Positions 28,019-36,438 of a stretch of DNA of 64,000 bases are shown here, one piece after another. The stretch is from an uncultured cyanobacterium. GTDB taxonomy: Bacteria > Cyanobacteriota > Cyanobacteriia > Phormidesmidales > Phormidesmidaceae. The stretch is from contig CAWBZI010000001.1 of NCBI GenBank assembly GCA_963793265.1, forward strand, positions 64,001 to 128,000. Direction: 5' to 3'. How positions within the stretch are numbered: the stretch's first letter is position 1; every line of letters starts with the position of its first letter. The notes beneath the pieces are model-generated. The model searched no databases and was not told where the DNA came from. It saw only the letters and a program-made list of their open reading frames with translations. The position numbers were made by a program, and so were the translations under genes.

Positions 28019-31000
28019 TTATTCTCCCTTCTGCTCAGATAGGCAGTAATAGCGGCCTTTGAGGGCCATGAGTTCTTCGTGGGTGCCCAGTTCAACAACC
28101 GAGCCTTTGTCCATTACCAATATTCGGTCGGCCTGACGAATGGTGCTGAGGCGGTGCGTAATGAAAAACACCGTGCGGCCATTGGCCCAGCGCTTGAGGT
28201 TGTAGCAAACTTGGGCTTCGGTGTCGTAGTCGAGGGCGCTAGTGGCTTCGTCTAAGATTAGGAGTCTTGGGTTTTGGAGGATTGTGCGGGCGATCGCAAC
28301 CCGCTGCCGCTGCCCGCCCGACAGAGAAGATCCGCGCTCACCGACCCGTGAGTTGTAGCCACTCGGCATATCCATAATGAAATCGTGGGCATTAGCAATT
28401 TTAGCCGCCTCAATAATTTCTTCGGTGCTCGCCTGCGGATTTGTCAGCGCGATGTTCTCCTGAATGCTGCCTTCAAACAGCAAGCTGTCTTGCGGCACAA
28501 TACCGACCTGCTGCCTTAAGGAGTACAGCTCTACTTTGCGAATGTCATAGTTATCTATCAAAATTCGGCCAGACTCAGCATTATACAAACGCGGCAGCAG
28601 CTTCATCAGCGTACTTTTACCCGAACCACTCTGCCCCACAATGCCAATAAACTCTCCAGCATGGAACTCCAGGTTCACGTTCACAAGCTGCAAGGGGCCA
28701 GAAGGCGCAAACCGGAACGACAGGTTCTCGTAGGTCACATTGCCCACAATCTCTGGCATCGGAATTTGGCTACGGTCTTCTTCAGCCTGCTCTTGAGGAT
28801 TGTCGATAATATCGCTCAAGCGCTCCAAAGACAGCGCCGTTTCTTGGAAGTTCTGCCAGAGCTGAGTTAGGCGCAGCAACGGCTGAGTAACGTAGCCAGA
28901 GATAATTCGGAAGGCAATGAGTCCACCCAAAGTCATCTCGTTATCTAGTACCAACGCAGCGCCAAACCAGAGAACCAGTAGGCCAGACATCTTGTTCAAA
29001 AAGCCACTGGCTGAGCCTGCCGTAGTTGAGGTCAATACAGTCTTAAATCCGTCGCTGACGTAGCGGGCGTACTTTTCCTGCCACTTCCAGCGCGTCTTCA
29101 GCTCCATATTCTGAGCTTTCACTGTCTGAATGCCTGAGAGCGCCTCTACTAAGAATGATTGAGTCTCAGCGTTCCGCTCGGCCTTAGCGCGCAACTGACG
29201 CCGCACAATCGGCGAGACAAAGAAGGTCAAAATCATGAACAGCGGAATCGTCGCTAGCGACACAAAGGTCAGCTTGATGCTGTAAATGAACATCACCAGA
29301 ATGTAGAGCACTGAGAATACAGCGTCTAGCACAACCGTTAAGGCGGTACCGGTTAGGAACTGACGGATATTTTCTAGCTCGTTAACGCGGCTAGAAAGTT
29401 CACCTACCGGGCGGCGGTCGAAGTATCTCAGCGGCAACCTGAGCAGATGGTCAATAATCTCGGCCCCTAAGGCCATGTCAATCCGGTTGGTGGTATCGAC
29501 AAACAAGTAGGTTCGTAGGCTTGTTAATATCGCCTCAAAAATAGCGACGACAACCAGAATGCTGCCGAGTACATGTAGCGTATCAATGCTGTTTTGGCCG
29601 ATTACCCGGTCGATAATGACCTGCACCATCAGCGGGTTAGCCAGGCCGAATATCTGTACAAACAGCGAGGCTACCAGTACGGTCGTCAGCACGCCCTTGT
29701 ATTTTTTGAGCGAAGGGATAAACCAGGCTAAGCCAAACTTTTGCTGAGGCGTTTGCTCGGTGGTTTCTATCAGCAGGATCTCGCCTTCTGGGCCCCAAAT
29801 CTCTTCAAAGGCCATGGGTGAATGGCGTACTAGCTTGTTGTCAGCAGGTACACCCAGCACGTATTCGGTTTCAGAGGTTTCATAGACAATCGCAAAGCCT
29901 TCACGCCATTTGATTACAGCTAGCTTGGGGAGGCGGGCGATCGCACTAGCAGGCACCTTAGCGAGCTGCGGCTTCAGGCCCACCAGATCAGCCACCGCGC
30001 CACAGGCCGTCAGCGACAAATGTCCTAACCGCTCATTCTGGTTCATCAGCACCCGCTGCACCACGTCGCGCTTAAACGGCATTCCCAAGTGCTGAGCCAC
30101 CATAGCAAAGCAGGCTAAGGCCGTGCCGACCTCATCGCGACCTCGCATCACCGGATACTTAATTGCTTTGGCTCGCGCCGATCCTTCTTCAACAATATTA
30201 GAGTCGTAGTTGAGATCGTCAGAGGCGTAGGGCAGCTCGCTGCGGCTAATGGCACCTCCGGCTGAGCGTACGGCTAGTCCACCGCCATTAGGTGAGCCAT
30301 CGAGCGGATATCCCGAGGAGCCATTTGTACCGCTGACGTCTGGAATATAAGGTCTGACGCGGGTTGAACTGCCGTTTTGACCGACCGAATCGACAACACC
30401 AGCCGCGTTTTGGTTCGCTAGCTGGCGCATATCAAGCCCAACGAGCCGCGTGCTTTTTTGGCTAACAATCCGGCCATCTAGCATTTCTGGGAGCAGCCAG
30501 TTACCCGCCGGGTGACTAGCAATGCTCTCTGAGCTAACAAACCACAGTCGGTTTGGATCAGGGTCGCTCAGGGCAATAGAACCAGCTCTTAGCGTCGTCG
30601 CGGTGGCCCCTTCTAGCAGCACTTTCGCGGTACCTGCCGCGTCGCTGACGTTGCGAGCCTGCGTTTTAAAGTACTGACTGGCTAGATCAAACACCTCAGC
30701 CAAATAGCAGCGCCCCGTCACGGCCTCAGCAAACCGGGCGTGCTCAGCAATCATCTGCCGCACCGCTGTAATTGGCACCGTTACGGCGGTTACTTCAGAT
30801 GAGGCGATCGCACTCTCACAAGGCACTCCTCGCACTAAGCCTGCCAAACCCAGCACCGAGCCGGGCTGCAGCAGCTCCAGCGTCATCGGCGTTTTTTGAT
30901 AGGGGTCGTAGCCCAGCAGTCGGCCTTTGCCCTCAACAATCACCACGAGCTGATAGGGCATCGACTCGCGCCGCAGCATCGGCTGACCGATTCGATATCG

Positions 31001-31108
31001 CAGCATTTGACAGCCGCTAGCCAACGACTCTAAGGCGTTAGCCGGGAGCTGATCGAATGGGAAAACACTTCCTAAGCTTTGTTCGAATGAAACTTTGGTA
31101 TAGGTCAT
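28019..31108 (-). CDS. Type I secretion ABC transporter (HlyB-like; cNMP-binding-like + C39-like + TM + ATPase)
   Basis: GQSGSGKST, LSGGQRQR, LILDEATSALD; C39-like LACFAMVAQH region; N-terminal cNMP-like domain. Confidence 0.93.
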   Translation of the reverse strand: MTYTKVSFEQSLGSVFPFDQLPANALESLASGCQMLRYRIGQPMLRRESMPYQLVVIVEGKGRLLGYDPYQKTPMTLELLQPGSVLGLAGLVRGVPCESAIASSEVTAVTVPITAVRQMIAEHARFAEAVTGRCYLAEVFDLASQYFKTQARNVSDAAGTAKVLLEGATATTLRAGSIALSDPDPNRLWFVSSESIASHPAGNWLLPEMLDGRIVSQKSTRLVGLDMRQLANQNAAGVVDSVGQNGSSTRVRPYIPDVSGTNGSSGYPLDGSPNGGGLAVRSAGGAISRSELPYASDDLNYDSNIVEEGSARAKAIKYPVMRGRDEVGTALACFAMVAQHLGMPFKRDVVQRVLMNQNERLGHLSLTACGAVADLVGLKPQLAKVPASAIARLPKLAVIKWREGFAIVYETSETEYVLGVPADNKLVRHSPMAFEEIWGPEGEILLIETTEQTPQQKFGLAWFIPSLKKYKGVLTTVLVASLFVQIFGLANPLMVQVIIDRVIGQNSIDTLHVLGSILVVVAIFEAILTSLRTYLFVDTTNRIDMALGAEIIDHLLRLPLRYFDRRPVGELSSRVNELENIRQFLTGTALTVVLDAVFSVLYILVMFIYSIKLTFVSLATIPLFMILTFFVSPIVRRQLRAKAERNAETQSFLVEALSGIQTVKAQNMELKTRWKWQEKYARYVSDGFKTVLTSTTAGSASGFLNKMSGLLVLWFGAALVLDNEMTLGGLIAFRIISGYVTQPLLRLTQLWQNFQETALSLERLSDIIDNPQEQAEEDRSQIPMPEIVGNVTYENLSFRFAPSGPLQLVNVNLEFHAGEFIGIVGQSGSGKSTLMKLLPRLYNAESGRILIDNYDIRKVELYSLRQQVGIVPQDSLLFEGSIQENIALTNPQASTEEIIEAAKIANAHDFIMDMPSGYNSRVGERGSSLSGGQRQRVAIARTILQNPRLLILDEATSALDYDTEAQVCYNLKRWANGRTVFFITHRLSTIRQADRILVMDKGSVVELGTHEELMALKGRYYCLSEQKGE

Positions 31109-31195
31109 AACGAGCAGGGGGCTAAGCGCATCTCAATAAAAAAACAATTAAGGCAGTCAACACAAGGAAATGGAACGATAGAAAGTTCCGTGACG

Positions 31196-31939
31196 CTAGC
31201 CAGATGAACCGGCAAGCTGGCTGTAGGGCTCCTCAACAGTCGTCGCCTGTAGCTTTTCTGCTAGCCACGATTGAAACTGCTCAGCGAGCAATCGCTGGCG
31301 CATCGCCTCATCAAACTGAGCGGGCACAAACTGCTCCAAACGAGCAATCACCAGCCACTCCCCAATCTGGGTCGGAGCCCAAAGCTGATTGGGCTTACTC
31401 ACCATCAGCATCCTGGCGAGCACCGGATGGGGCACGTTCAGCTCTACGGGCCCAACCATACCGCCCGTTTTGGCCTCCTGGCCTTCTGAATACTGGCTCG
31501 CTAAGCTCGAAAAAGACTCGCCATCGTCGTTGAGCCTGAAGTAAATTTCTTGAGCCAGGCTCGCATCTTTAGTTCTAATCAGCGAGTAGCGCACGCGATC
31601 TAGCTGAGCTTTGCGCTGCAAAAAGTAGGACTCTATCTGAGCGCCCCAGGTCTGTTCCTGAAATGTCAGCAGCTTCTGCTCTCTCAGCGCCGCCGATGTC
31701 ATTTGCTCAGGCGACATTTGCTGCTGTTGGCACCACGCCTGCTGCTGCTCCCGCGAAAACAGCCCTCTTTTCGCGCAAAAGGCTTGCAGTGCTTCTTGCG
31801 GGTCGCAGGCCACACCTGCGATCGCCTCATCAATAATGATTTCTTGCACGAGCTTGGGCATCAGTTGATGCTCTTTAAGCTTTGCAATCAGTGCAGGTGC
31901 ATCTAGCACCGCCTGACCAATCTGAAGAACCGCTGCCAT
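31196..31939 (-). CDS. Parvulin-type peptidylprolyl isomerase associated with the T1SS
   Basis: YSLIRTKD..LAQEIYFRL, FSSLASQYSEG.E..TGG.VGP. Confidence 0.88.
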   Translation of the reverse strand: MAAVLQIGQAVLDAPALIAKLKEHQLMPKLVQEIIIDEAIAGVACDPQEALQAFCAKRGLFSREQQQAWCQQQQMSPEQMTSAALREQKLLTFQEQTWGAQIESYFLQRKAQLDRVRYSLIRTKDASLAQEIYFRLNDDGESFSSLASQYSEGQEAKTGGMVGPVELNVPHPVLARMLMVSKPNQLWAPTQIGEWLVIARLEQFVPAQFDEAMRQRLLAEQFQSWLAEKLQATTVEEPYSQLAGSSG

Positions 31940-32425
31940 ACCCTGGTTTCTTATAACAAGTTTGGTTTATTAAACCCACAATAGAATGTACACATATCAA
32001 AAGATATAGTCGAACACCTAAATTATCCATACATTCATACGAACACTAATCCGTATGAAAGGTTTATTTGGGTTTTCACCTAGCCTAACTAGATATATGA
32101 AGCAAGCGTTAGTAAAAAGTTGCGCCTTTTTATAGAGATAAGCGGGCTTTTCGATCAAAATAGTCAAGAAAGTAGGGGCGACTGTCCATAACTTTTTGGT
32201 ATTAAATACTGCGTCTACTCGCATTTAGTAGCTTTTTGTCAGCTTCACACTATTCCGTAGCGTAGTTTACATCACCTAGCGATCGCCGTAATTTGTATCA
32301 AGCACAATCGCGTAGCCTCACGGGAGATAAAATCCGCACCGCTCGGGAATTCTTCATCAAAGAAAGACACTATGCGTGGTGTTCTTCACAAAATCGTCTG
32401 AAACGTACAGAACTTACCTCCTGGA

Positions 32426-33178
32426 ATGAAGCGACTCCTCCAATTAATACAAGGCTGGCCTCGTCATAGGCGACTAGGGGCTCAGCCTGAAGTGACCGCT
32501 AAGTCAGCGAGGCGAAACAACGCGCTGAAGCACACCGTAAAAATTGCTAAGCTACCGATTCAAAGAGAAGCTGGCTTGCCGAACCAGTCCACCGAACCTG
32601 CGATCGCAAGCACAATCTACTCAGATCATCCCGACCGACTCTCAGAGCTAGCAGACTCTGCCTACCTGTGTGAAAGGCAAGGGCGATATGCAGCAGCAGA
32701 GCGGCTTTATAAAAACGTTCTAGCGCTCAGAGAGCAGCGATTCGGCAAGCGGCATCTGTGCGTTGCAACCAGTCTCAGCGATCTAGCGACATTCTACCAG
32801 TTCCAAAATCGCTACAGCGAAGCGCATCCCCTTTTACAAAAGGCCCTGCTCGTCCGTCGTAGCCTGCTTAGCGCCGATCATCCTGATATCGCCTACAGCT
32901 TCCATCAGCTCGCCAAATCTCACTACTACCAGAGGCAGTACGGCAAAGCCGAAGCGTTCTTACAAGAGGCGCTGAATATTCTTCGCCGTCAGCTAGGCGC
33001 TGACCATCTCCAAACTCAAGCTGTCTACGGCGATCTTATGAAAACAATCGCAGCGGCGATAGAAGCCGATCGGTTTGACGATCTCCTCTCAGAACTGCCA
33101 CCGCTCAATCTCAGTCAGCTTAGCGAAAACTATAGCTGGGCAAAGCCTGTGTGGGAGCAGTCAACCTTGGGTTACTAG
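32426..33178 (+). CDS. Tetratricopeptide repeat protein
   Basis: Three kinesin-light-chain-type TPRs (QGRYAAAERLY, HPDIAYSFHQLA). Confidence 0.82.
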   Translation: MKRLLQLIQGWPRHRRLGAQPEVTAKSARRNNALKHTVKIAKLPIQREAGLPNQSTEPAIASTIYSDHPDRLSELADSAYLCERQGRYAAAERLYKNVLALREQRFGKRHLCVATSLSDLATFYQFQNRYSEAHPLLQKALLVRRSLLSADHPDIAYSFHQLAKSHYYQRQYGKAEAFLQEALNILRRQLGADHLQTQAVYGDLMKTIAAAIEADRFDDLLSELPPLNLSQLSENYSWAKPVWEQSTLGY

Positions 33179-33258
33179 AAGCGCGGGCCGCTGCTAAAAT
33201 CTTAGGCTGCTAAATTGAAGGAATCCACACCGCCTAGCTAATCAAAATCACCCAATTT

Positions 33259-33486
33259 ATGAAACTTGCTTTGCTGCTGCTAATAAAGGGGTATCGCCAG
33301 CTTATTTCACCGTTGTTTCCGCCCGTCTGCCGATTTGAGCCAACCTGCTCGTGCTATGCCATTGAAGCCATCGAGCGATTCGGCCCGCTGCAAGGAAGCT
33401 GGATGGCAGCCAAACGTGTGACTCGCTGCCATCCTTTTCATCCCGGCGGTTACGATCCCGTTCCTCACAAAGACGCTACCGACTAG
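33259..33486 (+). CDS. yidD: Membrane protein insertion efficiency factor YidD
   Basis: [31 protein letters not shown]. Confidence 0.95.
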   Translation: MKLALLLLIKGYRQLISPLFPPVCRFEPTCSCYAIEAIERFGPLQGSWMAAKRVTRCHPFHPGGYDPVPHKDATD

Positions 33487-33552
33487 CCAAACAGTTTGCT
33501 ACAGTAACGTCACCCGAAATGGTTTAGCGGTTTGCAGCAGTTTCTATAATCT

Positions 33553-34923
33553 ATGAAAAAATCCTACGTCCTTGATACCAATGTATTGCTGCACGACCCT
33601 AATGCACTGCTGCGGTTTGAAGATAACGATGTAGTACTGCCGATTACGGTAATTGAGGAACTGGATCGATTCAAGAAGCGCCCTGAAGAGACGGGTCGCA
33701 ATGCTAGGCAAACGTCGAGAATGCTAGACAAGCTGAGGCAGCAAGGTAGCCTGATCGAAGGCATTCAGCTCAATAATGCCAATGGACACAAGCATAGCAA
33801 GGGCGGACGAGTACGAGTGGCTTTATGCCGCCGGGAAACGCTCGATAATTTACCTGCAGAACTCTACAGCGGGGGTGGCGGCGACGGGGGCGACAATGCC
33901 ATATTAGCCGTTGCCCTAGAGGTCAAGCAGCAGTGTGACCATCCCGTCGTGATGGTAAGTAAAGACACCAATATGCGGATTAAGGCCGATACCTTAGGGC
34001 TTACGGCTGAAGACTATGAAACAGACAAAATAGACGTTGACGATCTCTATACGGGCATTGGTGAAATGCTGGTGACCCCGGAGCAAATGGCGGCTCTGTT
34101 TCAGCCAAAGGCTACCGTTGATTTGCCACAGCTTAGCGAAAAGTTTTCACCTAATCAGGCGCTAACGCTCGTAGATGTCAATAATCCAAACCATACGGCC
34201 CTGGCGACTTTGCGGGCAGACAGCCAGCTCATACCGCTGCCGAAGATTCCTTATAATGGGGTTTCTCGTATTCACGCTCGCAATCGGGAGCAGCGGTTTG
34301 CACTAGCTTTACTGCTCAACGATGCGGTGCCGCTGGTGACGCTAGTAGGTAAAGCTGGAACGGGTAAGACGCTGCTGGCGATCGCAGTCGGTTTGCAAAA
34401 GGTCACTGAAGAAAAGCGCTACACTCGCCTCCTTATTTCTCGCCCTGTAGTACCCATGGGCAAAGACATCGGCTATTTGCCGGGCGATATGACCGAAAAG
34501 CTCACGCCCTGGATGCAGCCTCTATACGACAACTTCGATCTGATTTTCAACACGCAAGACAGCACTGGCAAACCGGAGCACTGGCGACGCGGCCACGAGG
34601 AGCTAATGGACTTAGGTCTTTTGCAAATCGAAGCGCTCACCTACATTCGAGGGCGCACTATTCCAAAGCAGTTTTTCGTAATTGACGAAGCTCAAAACCT
34701 GACCCCACATGAGGTTAAAACCATTCTGACTAGAGCCGGGGAAGGCACCAAGATCGTGCTCACGGGCGACACCGCTCAAATTGATAACCCGTATGTAGAT
34801 GCGGCGAGTAACGGTCTTACCTACGTGATTGAGCGCTTCCGTAATGAGCCACTTGCAGGCCACGTCACGCTCTACCAGGGCGAACGCTCAGATCTAGCGG
34901 CGCGAGCGGCTACGTTGCTTTAG
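33553..34923 (+). CDS. PhoH family protein with an N-terminal PIN domain (PhoH2-type)
   Basis: YVLDTNVLLHDP (PIN); GKAGTGKT, IGYLPG, YIRGRT, IDEAQN, GDTAQID. Confidence 0.92.
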   Translation: MKKSYVLDTNVLLHDPNALLRFEDNDVVLPITVIEELDRFKKRPEETGRNARQTSRMLDKLRQQGSLIEGIQLNNANGHKHSKGGRVRVALCRRETLDNLPAELYSGGGGDGGDNAILAVALEVKQQCDHPVVMVSKDTNMRIKADTLGLTAEDYETDKIDVDDLYTGIGEMLVTPEQMAALFQPKATVDLPQLSEKFSPNQALTLVDVNNPNHTALATLRADSQLIPLPKIPYNGVSRIHARNREQRFALALLLNDAVPLVTLVGKAGTGKTLLAIAVGLQKVTEEKRYTRLLISRPVVPMGKDIGYLPGDMTEKLTPWMQPLYDNFDLIFNTQDSTGKPEHWRRGHEELMDLGLLQIEALTYIRGRTIPKQFFVIDEAQNLTPHEVKTILTRAGEGTKIVLTGDTAQIDNPYVDAASNGLTYVIERFRNEPLAGHVTLYQGERSDLAARAATLL

Positions 34924-35016
34924 GCAAATCAGCTAGCTCGAACAGCGCTTTAAGCAACAGATACGAAATTCTATCACCTGCATCTGTATCACCTATCAAC
35001 ACGTAAGTGATTCTCG

Positions 35017-36366
35017 ATGCCAAAAATTCTAAGTAAGATTGCGGCTCATTTTTCCAAAGATCGTTCTGGGCAAAAGGGAATTCTGGATATAAATGTTAGC
35101 GATCGCGCTGCCCCTTTGAACATAATGACAGCTTCCTCTTTACAACAAACGCTAAAGCGCGTGCTTTGCCAGCAACCGCTCACTTTTCTAGATCCTGTTT
35201 TTTACACCAGTCCAGATCTACTAGAGCTAGAGCAGCAAAACATATTCAGTAAAACCTGGCTCTATGCAGGTCATACGTCTACGCTAGGTGAGCAAGAAGC
35301 CGTCACCGTTATTGAAGTAGCAGGGCGTAGCTTGCTGATTATGCGATCTGAAGCAGGAAATATTACGGCTTTTCATAACGCCTGTTCTCACCGAGGCTCG
35401 GCGCTACGAGACAGCACGCAACCGACCGCTGCAAGGTGTCTGGTTTGCCCCTATCACGGCTGGACTTTCAATACCAAAGGTGAGCTAAAAGGACTCCCTG
35501 AACAAGAACGCTTTGCAGGCGGCGTAGACCTTTCAAAGCATTCACTCAAGCCTGTACGATTAGAAACTTGGGGGCCTTTGATGTTTGTGTCTCTAAATCA
35601 AGACGCACCGCCTTTGTCTGAGTTTCTAGGAGAGGCGATCGCGATGATGGCAGGCTTTCCGATGGACTCGCTCACCCTGTTATTTAGCGGTGACTACGCG
35701 CTAGATTGCAACTGGAAAACCTTTCATGACAACGGTCTGTGCGACTATCACGTCAACATCGCCCATCAAAAAACGCTTAAAGATATTCAAGGCAAAATTA
35801 AAGACTACGAGTATGTCTTCGGAGACTATATCAACGCCTTAGTAACGCCAACTACAAAGTCATGGAGAGCCGGAAACGAGCTATGGGAAGCGCTAGACGA
35901 GCCTTTTCGTTCGCGATTTGTCACGTTTGGTATCTTCCCAAACCTCCACGTTTATGCGCTTCCTGACGGCACTCTCTATGTAGAACGCATCGACGCAATA
36001 TCGACAGATAGCTGCCGGATGCACGGAGAAGTATACGGCCTACCGCATCACCACAAATCAGTGGGTGCTATTAAGCAGTGGTACGAAGAGCTATTTGCTG
36101 AAGATAAGACCTTAGTCGAAGCCGTTCAAAAAGGCTACGTTAGCATTCGTAGAGACGCAGCGAACGCTGGCTTCACACCTGGCCCGATTAACTACCTAGA
36201 GTCTAGAGTTGTGCACCAGCAGCAGCTTATTCGCAAATTTTTACTCTCCGGCCTCCCTCAGGAAATGGCAACCCCAATTGGCAGCACCTACTCGGATGCA
36301 TTTCAGCAGTCAAAAGCCTTCAAAGCCTTTGATAAGTTCAATCGCAGACCGACTTTGAGCCTATAA
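35017..36366 (+). CDS. Rieske non-heme iron oxygenase alpha subunit (choline monooxygenase-like group)
   Basis: CSHRG...CPYHGW Rieske motif; NWK..DN..DYHV..AH mononuclear Fe site; FPN. The start may be 35125. Confidence 0.88.
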   Translation: MPKILSKIAAHFSKDRSGQKGILDINVSDRAAPLNIMTASSLQQTLKRVLCQQPLTFLDPVFYTSPDLLELEQQNIFSKTWLYAGHTSTLGEQEAVTVIEVAGRSLLIMRSEAGNITAFHNACSHRGSALRDSTQPTAARCLVCPYHGWTFNTKGELKGLPEQERFAGGVDLSKHSLKPVRLETWGPLMFVSLNQDAPPLSEFLGEAIAMMAGFPMDSLTLLFSGDYALDCNWKTFHDNGLCDYHVNIAHQKTLKDIQGKIKDYEYVFGDYINALVTPTTKSWRAGNELWEALDEPFRSRFVTFGIFPNLHVYALPDGTLYVERIDAISTDSCRMHGEVYGLPHHHKSVGAIKQWYEELFAEDKTLVEAVQKGYVSIRRDAANAGFTPGPINYLESRVVHQQQLIRKFLLSGLPQEMATPIGSTYSDAFQQSKAFKAFDKFNRRPTLSL

Positions 36367-36438
36367 CAAGAACGATAGATAAGTCCGTTTTCAGGGCATG
36401 ATCGCTTAAGAAAGGCTTATCTATCTAACTGTTGGCTT

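Noticed and set aside
32257..32270. GTA-N8-TAC between the T1SS operon and the TPR gene
   Set aside because: No correctly spaced -10 element on either strand; a 6-bp match is expected by chance.
20418..36366. FHA-reductase as the dedicated partner of the Rieske oxygenase
   Set aside because: The architecture is compatible, but the genes are 13 kb apart on opposite strands, and cyanobacterial Rieske oxygenases can use ferredoxin. No direct support.
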